A DNA stretch of 64,000 nt from Actinomycetes bacterium (lineage in GTDB: Bacteria; Actinomycetota; Actinomycetes; Nanopelagicales; Nanopelagicaceae), in contig JBFYOX010000003.1 of the NCBI GenBank assembly GCA_041303615.1, forward strand, positions 1,333 to 65,332, given 5' to 3'. A program made the position numbers and the translations under genes. Each line of letters begins with the position of its first letter. Position 1 is the first letter of the stretch. The notes under the pieces were generated by a model. The model was not told where the DNA came from. It saw nothing but the letters and a program-made list of their open reading frames with translations, and did no database searches. Positions 50,877-60,902 of this stretch are shown here, piece after piece.

Positions 50877-52390
50877 ACTCACTAAATACAATGATGTTGC
50901 TCCCAATCCTTGGGACGCTTCTAATTGCTGTAATCCCAACTGAACAAACTCTGCGCATCAAGCAGGCAGCGCTTGCCACAACACTGCTTGTTGCAGTCAC
51001 TGGCATTCTCACTTGGTTTAACTTTGACTCTTCAAATACTTCATTCCAGTTTGTTCAATCGGTCGAGTGGATTCCTTCTTTTGGGATTAATTATGCAGTC
51101 GGCGTTGATGGACTTTCGCTAGTCCTAATCTTGATGTCGGTTCTTCTTGCGCCAATCGTTGTTTTAGCTGGGTGGAACGAGTCTGAGGGCGGCCGCTGGT
51201 CAGCCAAGGTCTTCTACATACTCATCTTGGTTCTCGAGACAATGATGATCGGCGTCTTTGCAGCTACCGATGTATTCCTCTTCTACGTAATCTTTGAAGC
51301 GATGTTAATCCCTGTCTACTTCCTTATTGGGGGGTACGGAACAGGCGAGCGAGCAGCGGCAGCGGTGAAGTTCCTTCTCTACAGTCTCTTTGGTGGTCTC
51401 TTGATGCTTGCATCAATCATCGGCCTCTACGTAATCTCAGGAGAAAATGGCGGACACACATTCGACATTACAAAGTTATCTGAGATGCACAATTACATGA
51501 GCTCCACTACTCAGAACTTGCTCTTCCTTGGATTCTTCATCGCCTTCGCAATTAAAGCTCCTCTATGGCCACTCCATACATGGCTTCCAGATGCAGCGGC
51601 TTCAGCTACTCCGGGAACTTCTGTCTTGCTATTAGGCGTATTAGATAAAGTTGGAACATTCGGAATGATTCGTTTCTGTCTCTCCTTGTTCCCAGATGCA
51701 AGCAGAACATTTACTCCACTGATAATTACCCTTGCCGTAATCTCAATTATTTACGGTGCTTTCCTTGCGATTGGTGCGAAAGATATTAAGCGCCTCATCG
51801 CTTATACATCGATATCTCACTTCGGTTTTATCACAATGGGAATTTTTGCTATGACCACGCAAGGCCATAGTGGTGCAACTCTCTATATGTTCAACCACGG
51901 CTTCTCTACTGCAGCGCTCTTTATTGTTGCTGGGTGGATGGCTTCACGCCGCGGATCTTCAACCATCTCTGACTTTGGTGGTTTACAGCGAGTTACCCCA
52001 GTAATGGCTTGGTCATTCTTCATCGCAGGAATGTCATCACTTGCGCTACCTGGCCTCTCAAGCTTCGTCAGCGAATTCCTGGTTCTTGTCGGAACATTTA
52101 CGCGATACCCGGTTGCTGCAGTAATTGCGACCTTCGGAATCGTTCTCGCTGCGCTCTACATCCTGATTCCAGTGCAGAAGGCGCTTCATGGCCCAATTGC
52201 TCCAGGCAATGAAAACCTTCCCGATCTTAATCTTCGCGAGAAGTTTGCGATTGCTCCAGTTATTGCAGTCATCGTTGCACTTGGCTTCTACCCAGCTCCA
52301 CTACTCAATGTCATTAATCCCGCATCGGCACATGTCCTTGAGATGCAGGGATTTACAGATCCAACTCCATCAGATAGCGCAGGTAAGTAA
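50873..52390 (+). CDS. nuoM: NADH-quinone oxidoreductase subunit M
   Basis: [40 protein letters not shown]; start ATG 50873 overlapping nuoL stop. Confidence 0.96.
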   Translation: MNSLNTMMLLPILGTLLIAVIPTEQTLRIKQAALATTLLVAVTGILTWFNFDSSNTSFQFVQSVEWIPSFGINYAVGVDGLSLVLILMSVLLAPIVVLAGWNESEGGRWSAKVFYILILVLETMMIGVFAATDVFLFYVIFEAMLIPVYFLIGGYGTGERAAAAVKFLLYSLFGGLLMLASIIGLYVISGENGGHTFDITKLSEMHNYMSSTTQNLLFLGFFIAFAIKAPLWPLHTWLPDAAASATPGTSVLLLGVLDKVGTFGMIRFCLSLFPDASRTFTPLIITLAVISIIYGAFLAIGAKDIKRLIAYTSISHFGFITMGIFAMTTQGHSGATLYMFNHGFSTAALFIVAGWMASRRGSSTISDFGGLQRVTPVMAWSFFIAGMSSLALPGLSSFVSEFLVLVGTFTRYPVAAVIATFGIVLAALYILIPVQKALHGPIAPGNENLPDLNLREKFAIAPVIAVIVALGFYPAPLLNVINPASAHVLEMQGFTDPTPSDSAGK

Positions 52391-53908
52391 GTGGAATTTA
52401 CATCGCCATATCTCAACTATGCACAGCTAGCTCCCATCTTGATTGTCTTTGCTGGCGCTCTTATTGGCGTTCTCATTGAGGCATTTGCTCCACGCGCTGC
52501 ACGCCACTCTTCTCAACTATTCATCTCACTCTTCTCACTAGTGGCTGCCTTCGGTGCGCTTATGAGCGTTCGTAATGAGACATCTACTGATGCAGCCATG
52601 GGTTCAGTGGCCTTCGATGGTGCTGGAGTTTTACTTCAGGCTGCAATTCTCATTATTGCGATACTTTCAATCTTTTTAATCTCGGATCAAGAAAACTTCA
52701 CCCCAGTTGCGGCAGCTGTACCTGGTTCTGACGAAGAAAAGAGTGCAATTCAGGCAGATATTCGCGTAACGGAAGTATTCCCTCTGACGATGTTTGCCGT
52801 TGCTGGAATGCTTTTATTCCCGGTCGCAACAGACCTCATCACTCTCTTTGTGGCCCTTGAAGTTCTCTCACTACCGCTCTATCTCATGGCTGGTCTTTCA
52901 CGACGTCGCCGTTTAGCCTCACAGGAAGCTGCTCTTAAATACTTCTTACTTGGCGCGTTCTCATCTGCCTTCTTCCTACTCGGAATTGCATATCTATATG
53001 GTTACTCGGGTTCAATAACACTCGAAGGAATTCAGGCGAGTGTTGTGGGTGGATCTGGAAATGATGTATTCCTCTTAATCGGTATGGCACTTCTCTCAAT
53101 CGGCCTTCTCTTCAAAGTGGGAGCTGTTCCATTCCACGCGTGGTCACCCGATGTCTACCAAGGATCACCTACAGCGATCACTGCATTCATGGCAGCAGCA
53201 ACCAAGGTTGCGGCATTCGGTGCCATCCTTCGAATTTTCTACGTAGCCTTTGCAAATGCAGAGTGGCAGTGGAAGCCGGTACTCGTTGTTATTTCAATAA
53301 TTACGATGGTCTTTGGTTCAGTAGTCGCAATTACCCAGCGCGATGTGAAGCGAATGCTGGCTTATTCGTCTATCGCCCACGCGGGATTCTTGATGGCAGG
53401 TGTTATCGCGCTGAGCAAGTCAGGTTTAGATTCATCAATCTTCTATCTCTTTGCATATGGCGTAGCAACCGTTGGGGCATTTGGAATCGTCTCATTGATT
53501 CGTGATTCAGCCGGTGAAGTCGGAGACCTAAATCGTTGGAGCGGTCTAGGAAAACGTTCACCACTTCTTGCATCAACATTTGCTTTCTTGTTACTTGCCT
53601 TTGCAGGAATCCCATTAACTTCTGGATTTATCGGGAAATTCTCAATCTTCTCAGCTGCTTACGAGTCAGGAAGTACATCGATTCTTATCGCAGGTGTTCT
53701 CTCGTCAGCAATCGCGGCCTTCTTCTATATCCGTGTAATTGTGTTGATGTTCTTCAAGGATCCCATTGAGGATGGAACTAGCGTTCTTATTCCTTCTGCG
53801 CTGACAACAATCACCATCACAATCTCTGCGATTGTGACTCTTATCCTCGGAGTATTCCCAGCGCCGCTGATTGATTTCATCGCTTCCACTGCATTCTTCA
53901 CCCGCTAA
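52391..53908 (+). CDS. nuoN: NADH-quinone oxidoreductase subunit N
   Basis: EAALKYF, FKVGAVPFHAWSPDVYQG, KRMLAYSSIAHAG. Confidence 0.97.
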   Translation: MEFTSPYLNYAQLAPILIVFAGALIGVLIEAFAPRAARHSSQLFISLFSLVAAFGALMSVRNETSTDAAMGSVAFDGAGVLLQAAILIIAILSIFLISDQENFTPVAAAVPGSDEEKSAIQADIRVTEVFPLTMFAVAGMLLFPVATDLITLFVALEVLSLPLYLMAGLSRRRRLASQEAALKYFLLGAFSSAFFLLGIAYLYGYSGSITLEGIQASVVGGSGNDVFLLIGMALLSIGLLFKVGAVPFHAWSPDVYQGSPTAITAFMAAATKVAAFGAILRIFYVAFANAEWQWKPVLVVISIITMVFGSVVAITQRDVKRMLAYSSIAHAGFLMAGVIALSKSGLDSSIFYLFAYGVATVGAFGIVSLIRDSAGEVGDLNRWSGLGKRSPLLASTFAFLLLAFAGIPLTSGFIGKFSIFSAAYESGSTSILIAGVLSSAIAAFFYIRVIVLMFFKDPIEDGTSVLIPSALTTITITISAIVTLILGVFPAPLIDFIASTAFFTR

Positions 53909-54897
53909 TGTCATCACTTGGCATACCGGGAATTGCACCGGCTCTTGAGGTTGAACTCAAAGAGAGTATGCAGAAGGTTGAGAGCCTGCTCTTTAGCCAT
54001 ATTCAGGGCGATTACCCCCTCGTAGAAGAGACCTCACGTCACCTGGTCGCTGCTGGGGGCAAGAGACTTCGCCCGCTGCTGACTATTCTCGCTTCTCACT
54101 ATGGCGATAAGAATAAGTTTGGCATTATCGAATCAGCCGTTGTCTGCGAACTTACCCATGTTGCAACCCTCTATCACGATGACGTTATGGATGAAGCACC
54201 TCTGCGTCGCGGAGTAGAGAGTGCAAATAATCGTTGGGGAAATACCGTTGCAATTCTTACCGGTGACTACCTCTTTGCAAAAGTTTCAGCACTCCTTGCA
54301 GATATTGGTCCTGAAGCAGTTCGCTTACAAGCATCAACTTTTGAACGTCTCGTCATCGGTCAGATTATGGAGACTCAAGGACCGCAAAATGGCGAAGAGC
54401 CACTTGAACACTATCTTCAAGTTGTTGCTGACAAGACTGGATCACTTATTGCGGCAAGTGCACGTTTTGGTGCAATGGTTAGCGGGGCCCCAACAGAGAT
54501 TAAAGAGACCCTCACAGTATTCGGTGAAAAAATTGGTGTCGCCTTTCAATTAGCAGATGACGTAATTGATATCGCCAGTGATTCACACGAATCAGGAAAG
54601 ACCCCAGGAACAGATTTACGCGAAGGCGTTCCTACTCTTGTGACCCTTAATGTTATGAATTCTACAAATCCGCAAGATCGCGAATTGATTGAACTTCTTA
54701 AGGCGCCAATTAAAGATGAGACAACGGTTGCTCAGGTATTAAGGACTTTACGTACACACGATGCACTTGGTCAATCTCGTGAGCAGCTGCACGAGGTAGC
54801 TCGTGATGCAAGAACTGCGCTCGGACCTTTGCCGGTCAATGACGTTACAGGGGCTCTATTTTCCTTGTGCGACGCCATTATCGACCGCACGGCTTGA
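53908..54897 (+). CDS. Polyprenyl diphosphate synthase (menaquinone side chain; GrcC/HepT-like)
   Basis: GGKRLRP, HDDVMD, RRG, KTG, FQLADDVID motifs. Confidence 0.94.
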   Translation: MSSLGIPGIAPALEVELKESMQKVESLLFSHIQGDYPLVEETSRHLVAAGGKRLRPLLTILASHYGDKNKFGIIESAVVCELTHVATLYHDDVMDEAPLRRGVESANNRWGNTVAILTGDYLFAKVSALLADIGPEAVRLQASTFERLVIGQIMETQGPQNGEEPLEHYLQVVADKTGSLIAASARFGAMVSGAPTEIKETLTVFGEKIGVAFQLADDVIDIASDSHESGKTPGTDLREGVPTLVTLNVMNSTNPQDRELIELLKAPIKDETTVAQVLRTLRTHDALGQSREQLHEVARDARTALGPLPVNDVTGALFSLCDAIIDRTA

Positions 54898-55767
54898 TCT
54901 CACTAGATCTGTAGCAAGTGCTGCAAGTGCCAACCAAATAACTAGGAATCCAATCCAACGCGCTGCTGGCATATCTTCATGGCGAACCCAAACACCGATT
55001 GAGAATTGAATTGTTGGTGTGATGTATTGCAGCAACCCGATGGTGCTATAGGGCAGACGAGTTGTCGAGCCATTAAAGAGCAACAATGGAATGGCAGTAA
55101 CAGCACCTGCGCTGATGAGAAGAATTGTTAAACCAGTGCTCTGTCCGAATTGACCAGATCCTTGATTGCCAAGGTAGATCAGGTACCCCGCATAAGGAAT
55201 CAAGGAGATGAGCGTTTCGATTGCAAGGCCATCGAGAGCCCCTAAATCCAGCTTCTTCTTAACGAGACCGTAAGTGCCCCAGGAAAGCGCCAGTGAGATA
55301 GCAACCCAGGGGAGTCTTCCGTAATCAAATGTCAGGATTGCAACGCCGACAGCTGCGATTCCAACTGCAAGCCACTGCAACGGTCTCATCTTTTCACGAA
55401 GAAGAATTACACCAAATGCGATGATGATCAATGGATTGATGTAATAACCCAGCGCTGCTTCAACAACGTGGCCGTTGTTAGTTGCCCAGATATATGTAAG
55501 CCAATTAATGGAGACCAAAATAGTCGAGAGAAAAAGAGCCGCCATAATCTTTGGCTTCTTAACAATTGCAATCATGGAGTGCAATTGTTTTGAGAGAGCT
55601 AGAACAATGAGACAGAAGACCAGAGTCCAGACAGCTCGATGTGAAACGATTTCCAAAGGGCTAGCAGGTTGAAGCAAAGGCCAGTAGAGGGGGAAGAGTC
55701 CCCACAATACATAGGAACCGACTCCGAAGATCAGCCCTAAGGAATATTCGCTTCGCTTGCTATTCAC
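54856..55767 (-). CDS. rarD: EamA-family transporter RarD
   Basis: YVLWGLFPLYW, HRAVW, EAALGYYINPL, GLLQYITPT. Confidence 0.93.
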   Translation of the reverse strand: MNSKRSEYSLGLIFGVGSYVLWGLFPLYWPLLQPASPLEIVSHRAVWTLVFCLIVLALSKQLHSMIAIVKKPKIMAALFLSTILVSINWLTYIWATNNGHVVEAALGYYINPLIIIAFGVILLREKMRPLQWLAVGIAAVGVAILTFDYGRLPWVAISLALSWGTYGLVKKKLDLGALDGLAIETLISLIPYAGYLIYLGNQGSGQFGQSTGLTILLISAGAVTAIPLLLFNGSTTRLPYSTIGLLQYITPTIQFSIGVWVRHEDMPAARWIGFLVIWLALAALATDLVRSSRAVDNGVAQGK

Positions 55768-56256
55768 TTAGCGGAAATTAACAAACTGAACAGCAAAATC
55801 AAATTTACCGTTCTTGATCTGCTCGATCGCCTCTTGCAAGTCATCGCGGCTCTTTGATGTAACACGAAGTTCATCGCCCTGAATCTGGGTCTTGATTGAT
55901 TTAGGACCTTCATCGCGTAAGAACTTAGCAACCTTCTTAGCGTTCTCTGTTGAGATTCCCTCTTTAAGAGTTGATGCAATCTTGTAGATTTTTCCTGACA
56001 ACTGTGGTTCGCCTGCTTCAAGGTGCTTTAGAGAAACTCCGCGCTTAATCATCTTATCTTTGACGACATCGAGGGTTGCCTTTGCGCGCTCTTCTGTATC
56101 CGCCTCGATCGCGAGCTTGTCTCCTGAGAGTTCGACCTTCGCACCAGTGTTCTTAAAGTCAAAGCGCGTATCAATCTCGCGAATCGCCTGATTGATGGCG
56201 TTATCTAGCTCCATACGGTCAATCTTCGAGACTACGTCAAAACTGCTATCAGCCAT
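55768..56256 (-). CDS. yajQ: YajQ-family nucleotide-binding protein
   Basis: [36 protein letters not shown]. Confidence 0.95.
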   Translation of the reverse strand: MADSSFDVVSKIDRMELDNAINQAIREIDTRFDFKNTGAKVELSGDKLAIEADTEERAKATLDVVKDKMIKRGVSLKHLEAGEPQLSGKIYKIASTLKEGISTENAKKVAKFLRDEGPKSIKTQIQGDELRVTSKSRDDLQEAIEQIKNGKFDFAVQFVNFR

Positions 56257-56362
56257 GTGCTTAGGCCCTCCTGTGCGTTATCTGGTGATTTTCAAAGTTC
56301 AAGCGCCTAAGGTATCGTTTGACGCTCGCACTACCAAAGCGCCGTAAGACTTGTACGACCCT

Positions 56363-56447
56363 GGCGGGTTGCCCGAGCGGCCAATGGGAGGGGACTGTAA
56401 ATCCCCCGGCTCTGCCTTCGAAGGTTCAAATCCTTCACCCGCCACCA
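56363..56447 (+). tRNA. tRNA-Tyr (GTA), CCA encoded
   Basis: Acceptor GGCGGGT/ACCCGCC-A-CCA; anticodon arm GGGGA-CT GTA AA-TCCCC; variable arm GGC-TCT-GCC; T arm GAAGG-TTCAAAT-CCTTC. Confidence 0.97.
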
Positions 56448-56510
56448 TTATTAGCAATAGCTTCTGCAAGCTAGAAAATCGCAATCGAGGCTCTCAGTTA
56501 GGCTCCGCAA

Positions 56511-57752
56511 ATGGACTCAATCAGCACACAGAACCTTCAAAGACGGACCATTAAGGTTTTAGCAACAACGCAGGTACTAAGCGGTGTTGGCGTTGCAGGA
56601 ACAGTCGCAACAGGATCGTTACTTGTCGCATCTATTTCCAACTCAGAAACTTTGGCAGGGCTAGCGCAGACAAGTTCCGTACTGGGTGCAGCAGCCATGG
56701 CAATTCCGCTATCAAAACTAACTCAACGTGGTGGGCGACGCCTTGGATTATCAATTGGCTATTTCGTTGGATTTATCGGTGCGGCATTTGCAATATTTGG
56801 CGGTTCGCAGAGAAGTTTAATTGCAATGTTAATTGGAACATTCTTGGTTGGGGCTGCATCTGCATCCGGATATCAGGCGCGTTTTGCTGCGATAGACCTT
56901 GCACAAGATGAGCATCGCTCCAAACAATTGTCTTATGTCGTGTGGGGATCGACAGTTGGCGCAGTAGCAGGCCCAAATCTCATGGGCCCATCAGGTGCGT
57001 TAGCAACTTCGTTGGGGCTTCCAAAGTTAGTGGGACCATACATATTGGCGGTCATCACTCTTGGTTTAGGAACTCTCGTTATCCGCTTATTTCTCAATCC
57101 TGATCCATACCTCACTGCACGGGGCATTCGGGATGCAAAGAATGAGTCCCAAGTTCTTTTATCTGCACGCAAAACACTGAAACTAATAAGCAAGAATCCA
57201 AGAGCGCTCTTTGCAATCGCATCTATTGCAATCGGACATGTTGCAATGGTTGCGGTAATGGTTATGACGCCAGTTCATATGGCGCATGTTGATGTGAGCC
57301 TCAACATTATTGGCCTAGTGATCAGTGTTCATATTCTTGGCATGTATGCATTCTCACCGATTATTGGAAGTTTGAGCGATCGCTTTGGCCGAAGAAGAAT
57401 AATTCAAGCCGGCATCGTCATTCTTCTTCTCTCATCTCTGATTTCAGGAACGGCCGATGCTCATGACTCGTTGACTCTTGGAGTCGGGCTATTCCTTCTC
57501 GGGTTGGGATGGTCGTGCACTTTAATTGGTGGTTCGACTGCGCTATCTGAATCTGTCTCCACCGAACTGCGGCCTTCATCGCAAGGAGCAAGTGACCTCT
57601 TGATGAATTTAATGGGCGCAGGTGGCGGTGCAATCGCTGGCGTAATTATTGGCACTCTGGGATACGGGTGGCTATGTTTCTTTGCAGCTGTCCCTGTCGC
57701 CGTTCTAGGCCTCTGGTCTTTGAGCAAACCCCTTCGAGAAATGAGTAACTAA
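56511..57752 (+). CDS. MFS transporter
   Basis: About 12 hydrophobic segments; RGGRR and SDRFGRR loop motifs. Confidence 0.9.
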   Translation: MDSISTQNLQRRTIKVLATTQVLSGVGVAGTVATGSLLVASISNSETLAGLAQTSSVLGAAAMAIPLSKLTQRGGRRLGLSIGYFVGFIGAAFAIFGGSQRSLIAMLIGTFLVGAASASGYQARFAAIDLAQDEHRSKQLSYVVWGSTVGAVAGPNLMGPSGALATSLGLPKLVGPYILAVITLGLGTLVIRLFLNPDPYLTARGIRDAKNESQVLLSARKTLKLISKNPRALFAIASIAIGHVAMVAVMVMTPVHMAHVDVSLNIIGLVISVHILGMYAFSPIIGSLSDRFGRRRIIQAGIVILLLSSLISGTADAHDSLTLGVGLFLLGLGWSCTLIGGSTALSESVSTELRPSSQGASDLLMNLMGAGGGAIAGVIIGTLGYGWLCFFAAVPVAVLGLWSLSKPLREMSN

Positions 57753-57753
57753 C

Positions 57754-58152
57754 GTGATTCCAATTAACGAAGAAGAGCTCAAGGCTCGCTTAGACCCACT
57801 CTCATATGCAGTGCTTCGAGAAGCAGCAACTGAGCAACCATTTACTGGTGAATACACGGATACAGAAACTGTCGGCGTCTATCGCTGCAAGGCTTGTCAG
57901 AACGTTCTCTTTAAATCTGAGACCAAGTTTCACTCTGGATGCGGATGGCCTTCCTTCTATGCCCCATCTGCCGATGATGCTGTCATCTTGCTTGAAGATC
58001 GCTCACTAGCTCCACGAATTCGAACCGAAGTTAAATGTGCACAGTGTGAATCTCACCTAGGCCATGTATTTTCTGGTGAAGGTTATGACGTGCCAACTGA
58101 TCAACGTTGGTGCATCAACTCAGTAGCTCTCACGCTCGAAGAGAAGAAATAA
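57754..58152 (+). CDS. msrB: Peptide-methionine (R)-S-oxide reductase
   Basis: TEQPFTGEY, CKAC, SGCGWPSF, CAQCESHLGHVF, RWCINS. Confidence 0.96.
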   Translation: MIPINEEELKARLDPLSYAVLREAATEQPFTGEYTDTETVGVYRCKACQNVLFKSETKFHSGCGWPSFYAPSADDAVILLEDRSLAPRIRTEVKCAQCESHLGHVFSGEGYDVPTDQRWCINSVALTLEEKK

Positions 58153-58160
58153 ATTTAAAT

Positions 58161-58196
58161 AAAAACCCCGCATGGAATTCACCATGCGGGGTTTTT
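58161..58196. terminator. Bidirectional intrinsic terminator between convergent msrB and ABC permease
   Basis: AAAAACCCCGCATGG-AATTCA-CCATGCGGGGTTTTT perfect stem flanked by A and T tracts. Confidence 0.92.
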
Positions 58197-58206
58197 CTAT
58201 AGTTAA

Positions 58207-59223
58207 TTAATGCGTCGACTCACCTGAACGACGGCGACGTACGTTATCTCCGTATACCGCAAGAAGAATAACTGCACCAACAACGACGTACTGCCACTCT
58301 TGCTGAAGCTCGAGGATACGAAGTCCGTTGATAAGAACTGACATGATAAGAGCACCGATGATGGTTCCGGAGATTGTTCCCTTACCGCCAAGAAGTGAAG
58401 TTCCACCGATAATTACTGCGGCGATTGCTTCGAGCTCGTAGCCAAGACCTAGATCTGGCTGTGCAGATCCAAGGCGTGATGTCATAACCACGGCTGCGAG
58501 TCCTACGAATAGTCCACAGAGTGCGTAGATTGCAACTAACCAGCGATCAACCTTTACACCTGAAAGCTTTGTAGCTTCAGTGTTAGAACCAATTGCGAAT
58601 GTATAGCGACCTAGAACTGTCTTATTGAGGATGATTGATGCAACTATGGCTGCTACCAAGAGAATAAAGACCGCATTCGGAAGGTTAGGGATGATATTTC
58701 CCTGAGCGATTGAATCCCAGCCCTTTACATCTGTTGTGAAGAGGATTGGCTTGAGGTCAGAGATGATCAGCGCAAGTCCTTGCGCACCCTTCATGGTTGC
58801 AAGCGTTGCGATAAATGGAGGCAACTTAAGAACGGTAATCAGAAGCCCATTTACGGCACCGAGAATTGAACCCACGACAAGTCCGAGCAAGATACCTTGC
58901 CACACATTAAGGTCCATCGACATAACTGTCTTACCGACGATGATTCCTACTAGGGCCATCATTGTTCCGACTGAAAGATCAATACCGCCGGTAATGATGA
59001 CGAATGTGACTCCGATAGCAAGCAAGCCGATCACAGTTGTTGACATCAGGATTCCGCCAGAGACGTTCTCCCAGGAAGCGAAGACGGGGCGTCTGATAGT
59101 AAAGAATACGAAGATGACTACGAGGCTTGCTAGCGCAGTAACTCTTCCGATTTCACGCTTTACGAAGGCCTTTAACTTACCAACCTCTTGAGATTGTGGT
59201 GCCTTCTTTGCTACATCTGACAT
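58207..59223 (-). CDS. Monosaccharide ABC transporter permease (RbsC-like)
   Basis: GGIDLSVG, PPFIATL, GRYTFAIGSN, YELEAIAAVIIGGTSL.GGKG. Confidence 0.93.
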   Translation of the reverse strand: MSDVAKKAPQSQEVGKLKAFVKREIGRVTALASLVVIFVFFTIRRPVFASWENVSGGILMSTTVIGLLAIGVTFVIITGGIDLSVGTMMALVGIIVGKTVMSMDLNVWQGILLGLVVGSILGAVNGLLITVLKLPPFIATLATMKGAQGLALIISDLKPILFTTDVKGWDSIAQGNIIPNLPNAVFILLVAAIVASIILNKTVLGRYTFAIGSNTEATKLSGVKVDRWLVAIYALCGLFVGLAAVVMTSRLGSAQPDLGLGYELEAIAAVIIGGTSLLGGKGTISGTIIGALIMSVLINGLRILELQQEWQYVVVGAVILLAVYGDNVRRRRSGESTH

Positions 59224-59242
59224 TTCTCTCTCTTTTCCCGTA

Positions 59243-60766
59243 CTAGTTTGCTGTCGTTAAGTCGTCGCTGAATTGTGTTGCTAGGTTCATGATGATGTTC
59301 TGATCTGCATCTTTATTGTCAATGATTCCGGTTAGACGCCCATCGCACATGACCGCAATGCGATCTGATAGACGAAGGACCTCTGGCAGTTCAGATGAAA
59401 TCATGATGATTGACTTACCTTCTTCGGCTAGCTGAGTCAGCAATCGATAGATTTCATCTTTTGCTCCAACATCGATGCCACGTGTTGGTTCATCGAATAT
59501 CAAGACATCGCAATCGCGGGTGAGCCACTTTGCGATAACGACTTTCTGCTGATTTCCACCCGATAGGTTCTTGAGGATCTGACGCTCTGAGGGTGTACGT
59601 ACGCGCAGCTGGGCAATTGAATCACGCGCGATTCCTGCCGCCGATTTAACTTTAAGGAATCCAATTTTATTTGAGAAGCGAGGTATAGAAGAAAGGATCA
59701 CATTGAAGGTGATGTCTTGGATTAACAAGAGACCAAATCGCTTACGATCTTCTGAGAGATAGCCGATTCCTGCAGCAACGGCATCAGAAGGTTGCTTGAT
59801 CTTTACCTCTTTACCTCGAAGGATGATCTTTCCATCAGTCTTTGGATCTGCGCCCATAATTGCGCGAGCAAGCTCTGTGCGGCCTGCGCCCATTAGTCCT
59901 GCAAAGCCGAGAATTTCACCTTTGCGAAGCTCGAAGGAAACATCTTTGAGTAGATTGCGATCTGATAGACCTTCAACGCTGAGAACAATCTCAGATCCAA
60001 TCTTGCGATTTTCGGGGCGCTGATCTTGAGCAACCTTGCGGCCAACCATGAGGGAGATTACTTCTGGGATATCTGTCTCTGATGTTTTAAGAGTCTTTAC
60101 ATACTCTCCATCACGAAGAACCGAGATGCGATCTGTAATCTTTTCAAGTTCTTCAAGGCGGTGAGAGATATAGATAATGCCTTTGCCTGCTGCTTTGAGG
60201 GTGCGAATAATCTTGAAGAGCGCATCCGTTTCAGCTGGTGTGAGCGAGGACGTTGGCTCATCCATGATGATGACAGAGCCGCGGTACGAAACTGCCTTAG
60301 CAATTTCAACCATCTGCTGCTTGGCAATTGTGAGCTCGCCAACGATGTCATTTGGATTGAGATTAAGTTCAAGTTCCTTAAGGAGTTCAGTTGCGGCTTG
60401 TACTTGCTTCCTGCGTGCAAGGAAAACACCACCGGGAAGTAGATCTTCGCGACCGATGAAGATGTTTTCAGCAACTGTGAGGTGTGGCATCAAGTTAAGC
60501 TCCTGGTGAATGATGCTGATACCGAGCTTCTGAGCTTCAAATGGGTTCGGAATCGAGACCGACTTACCCTTGTAGGTAATTTCTCCAGAGTCCTTCTTGT
60601 AGATACCAGAAAGAATCTTCATGAGCGTTGACTTACCCGCTCCATTTTCGCCCACAATTGCGTGGACTTCACCTTCGTTGAGATCAAAACTTACATTGTT
60701 GAGTGCTTTTACTCCCGGGAATTCTTTGCTGACACCGGAGAGAGCTAACAGTTGTTTTGACGCCAT
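59243..60766 (-). CDS. Monosaccharide ABC transporter ATP-binding protein (RbsA-like, two domains)
   Basis: GENGAGKS, DEPT, LSGGNQQK, DEPTRGIDVGAK. Confidence 0.95.
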   Translation of the reverse strand: MASKQLLALSGVSKEFPGVKALNNVSFDLNEGEVHAIVGENGAGKSTLMKILSGIYKKDSGEITYKGKSVSIPNPFEAQKLGISIIHQELNLMPHLTVAENIFIGREDLLPGGVFLARRKQVQAATELLKELELNLNPNDIVGELTIAKQQMVEIAKAVSYRGSVIIMDEPTSSLTPAETDALFKIIRTLKAAGKGIIYISHRLEELEKITDRISVLRDGEYVKTLKTSETDIPEVISLMVGRKVAQDQRPENRKIGSEIVLSVEGLSDRNLLKDVSFELRKGEILGFAGLMGAGRTELARAIMGADPKTDGKIILRGKEVKIKQPSDAVAAGIGYLSEDRKRFGLLLIQDITFNVILSSIPRFSNKIGFLKVKSAAGIARDSIAQLRVRTPSERQILKNLSGGNQQKVVIAKWLTRDCDVLIFDEPTRGIDVGAKDEIYRLLTQLAEEGKSIIMISSELPEVLRLSDRIAVMCDGRLTGIIDNKDADQNIIMNLATQFSDDLTTAN

Positions 60767-60834
60767 AGTTAATTCCCCAAAAATTTAAGTTGATTTCGAG
60801 ATATTCAGAAAAGTAATCGAGATTAATAATAAAG

Positions 60835-60866
60835 GATGATGGCCGAGATTGCTCTCGGCCATCATC
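60835..60866 (-). terminator. Intra-operon hairpin (partial terminator or mRNA stabiliser) after the binding-protein gene
   Basis: 14-bp perfect stem GATGATGGCCGAGA-TTGC-TCTCGGCCATCATC, followed on the minus strand by CTTTATTATT. Confidence 0.78.
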
Positions 60867-60902
60867 TCTTTACTTCTTACAAAAGAGTCGAATTAATTCG
60901 AC

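Noticed and set aside
38880-53908. Complete nuoA-N operon with extended NuoH, NuoI and NuoJ termini
   Set aside because: Standard actinobacterial complex I arrangement; such extensions are common in the phylum.
56299-56554. Short ORFs 56299..56484 (-) and 56351..56554 (+)
   Set aside because: They are translations across tRNA-Tyr.
56420-58200. Possible prophage or integrative element at tRNA-Tyr
   Set aside because: No integrase, and I did not see a duplicated tRNA 3' end within the window.
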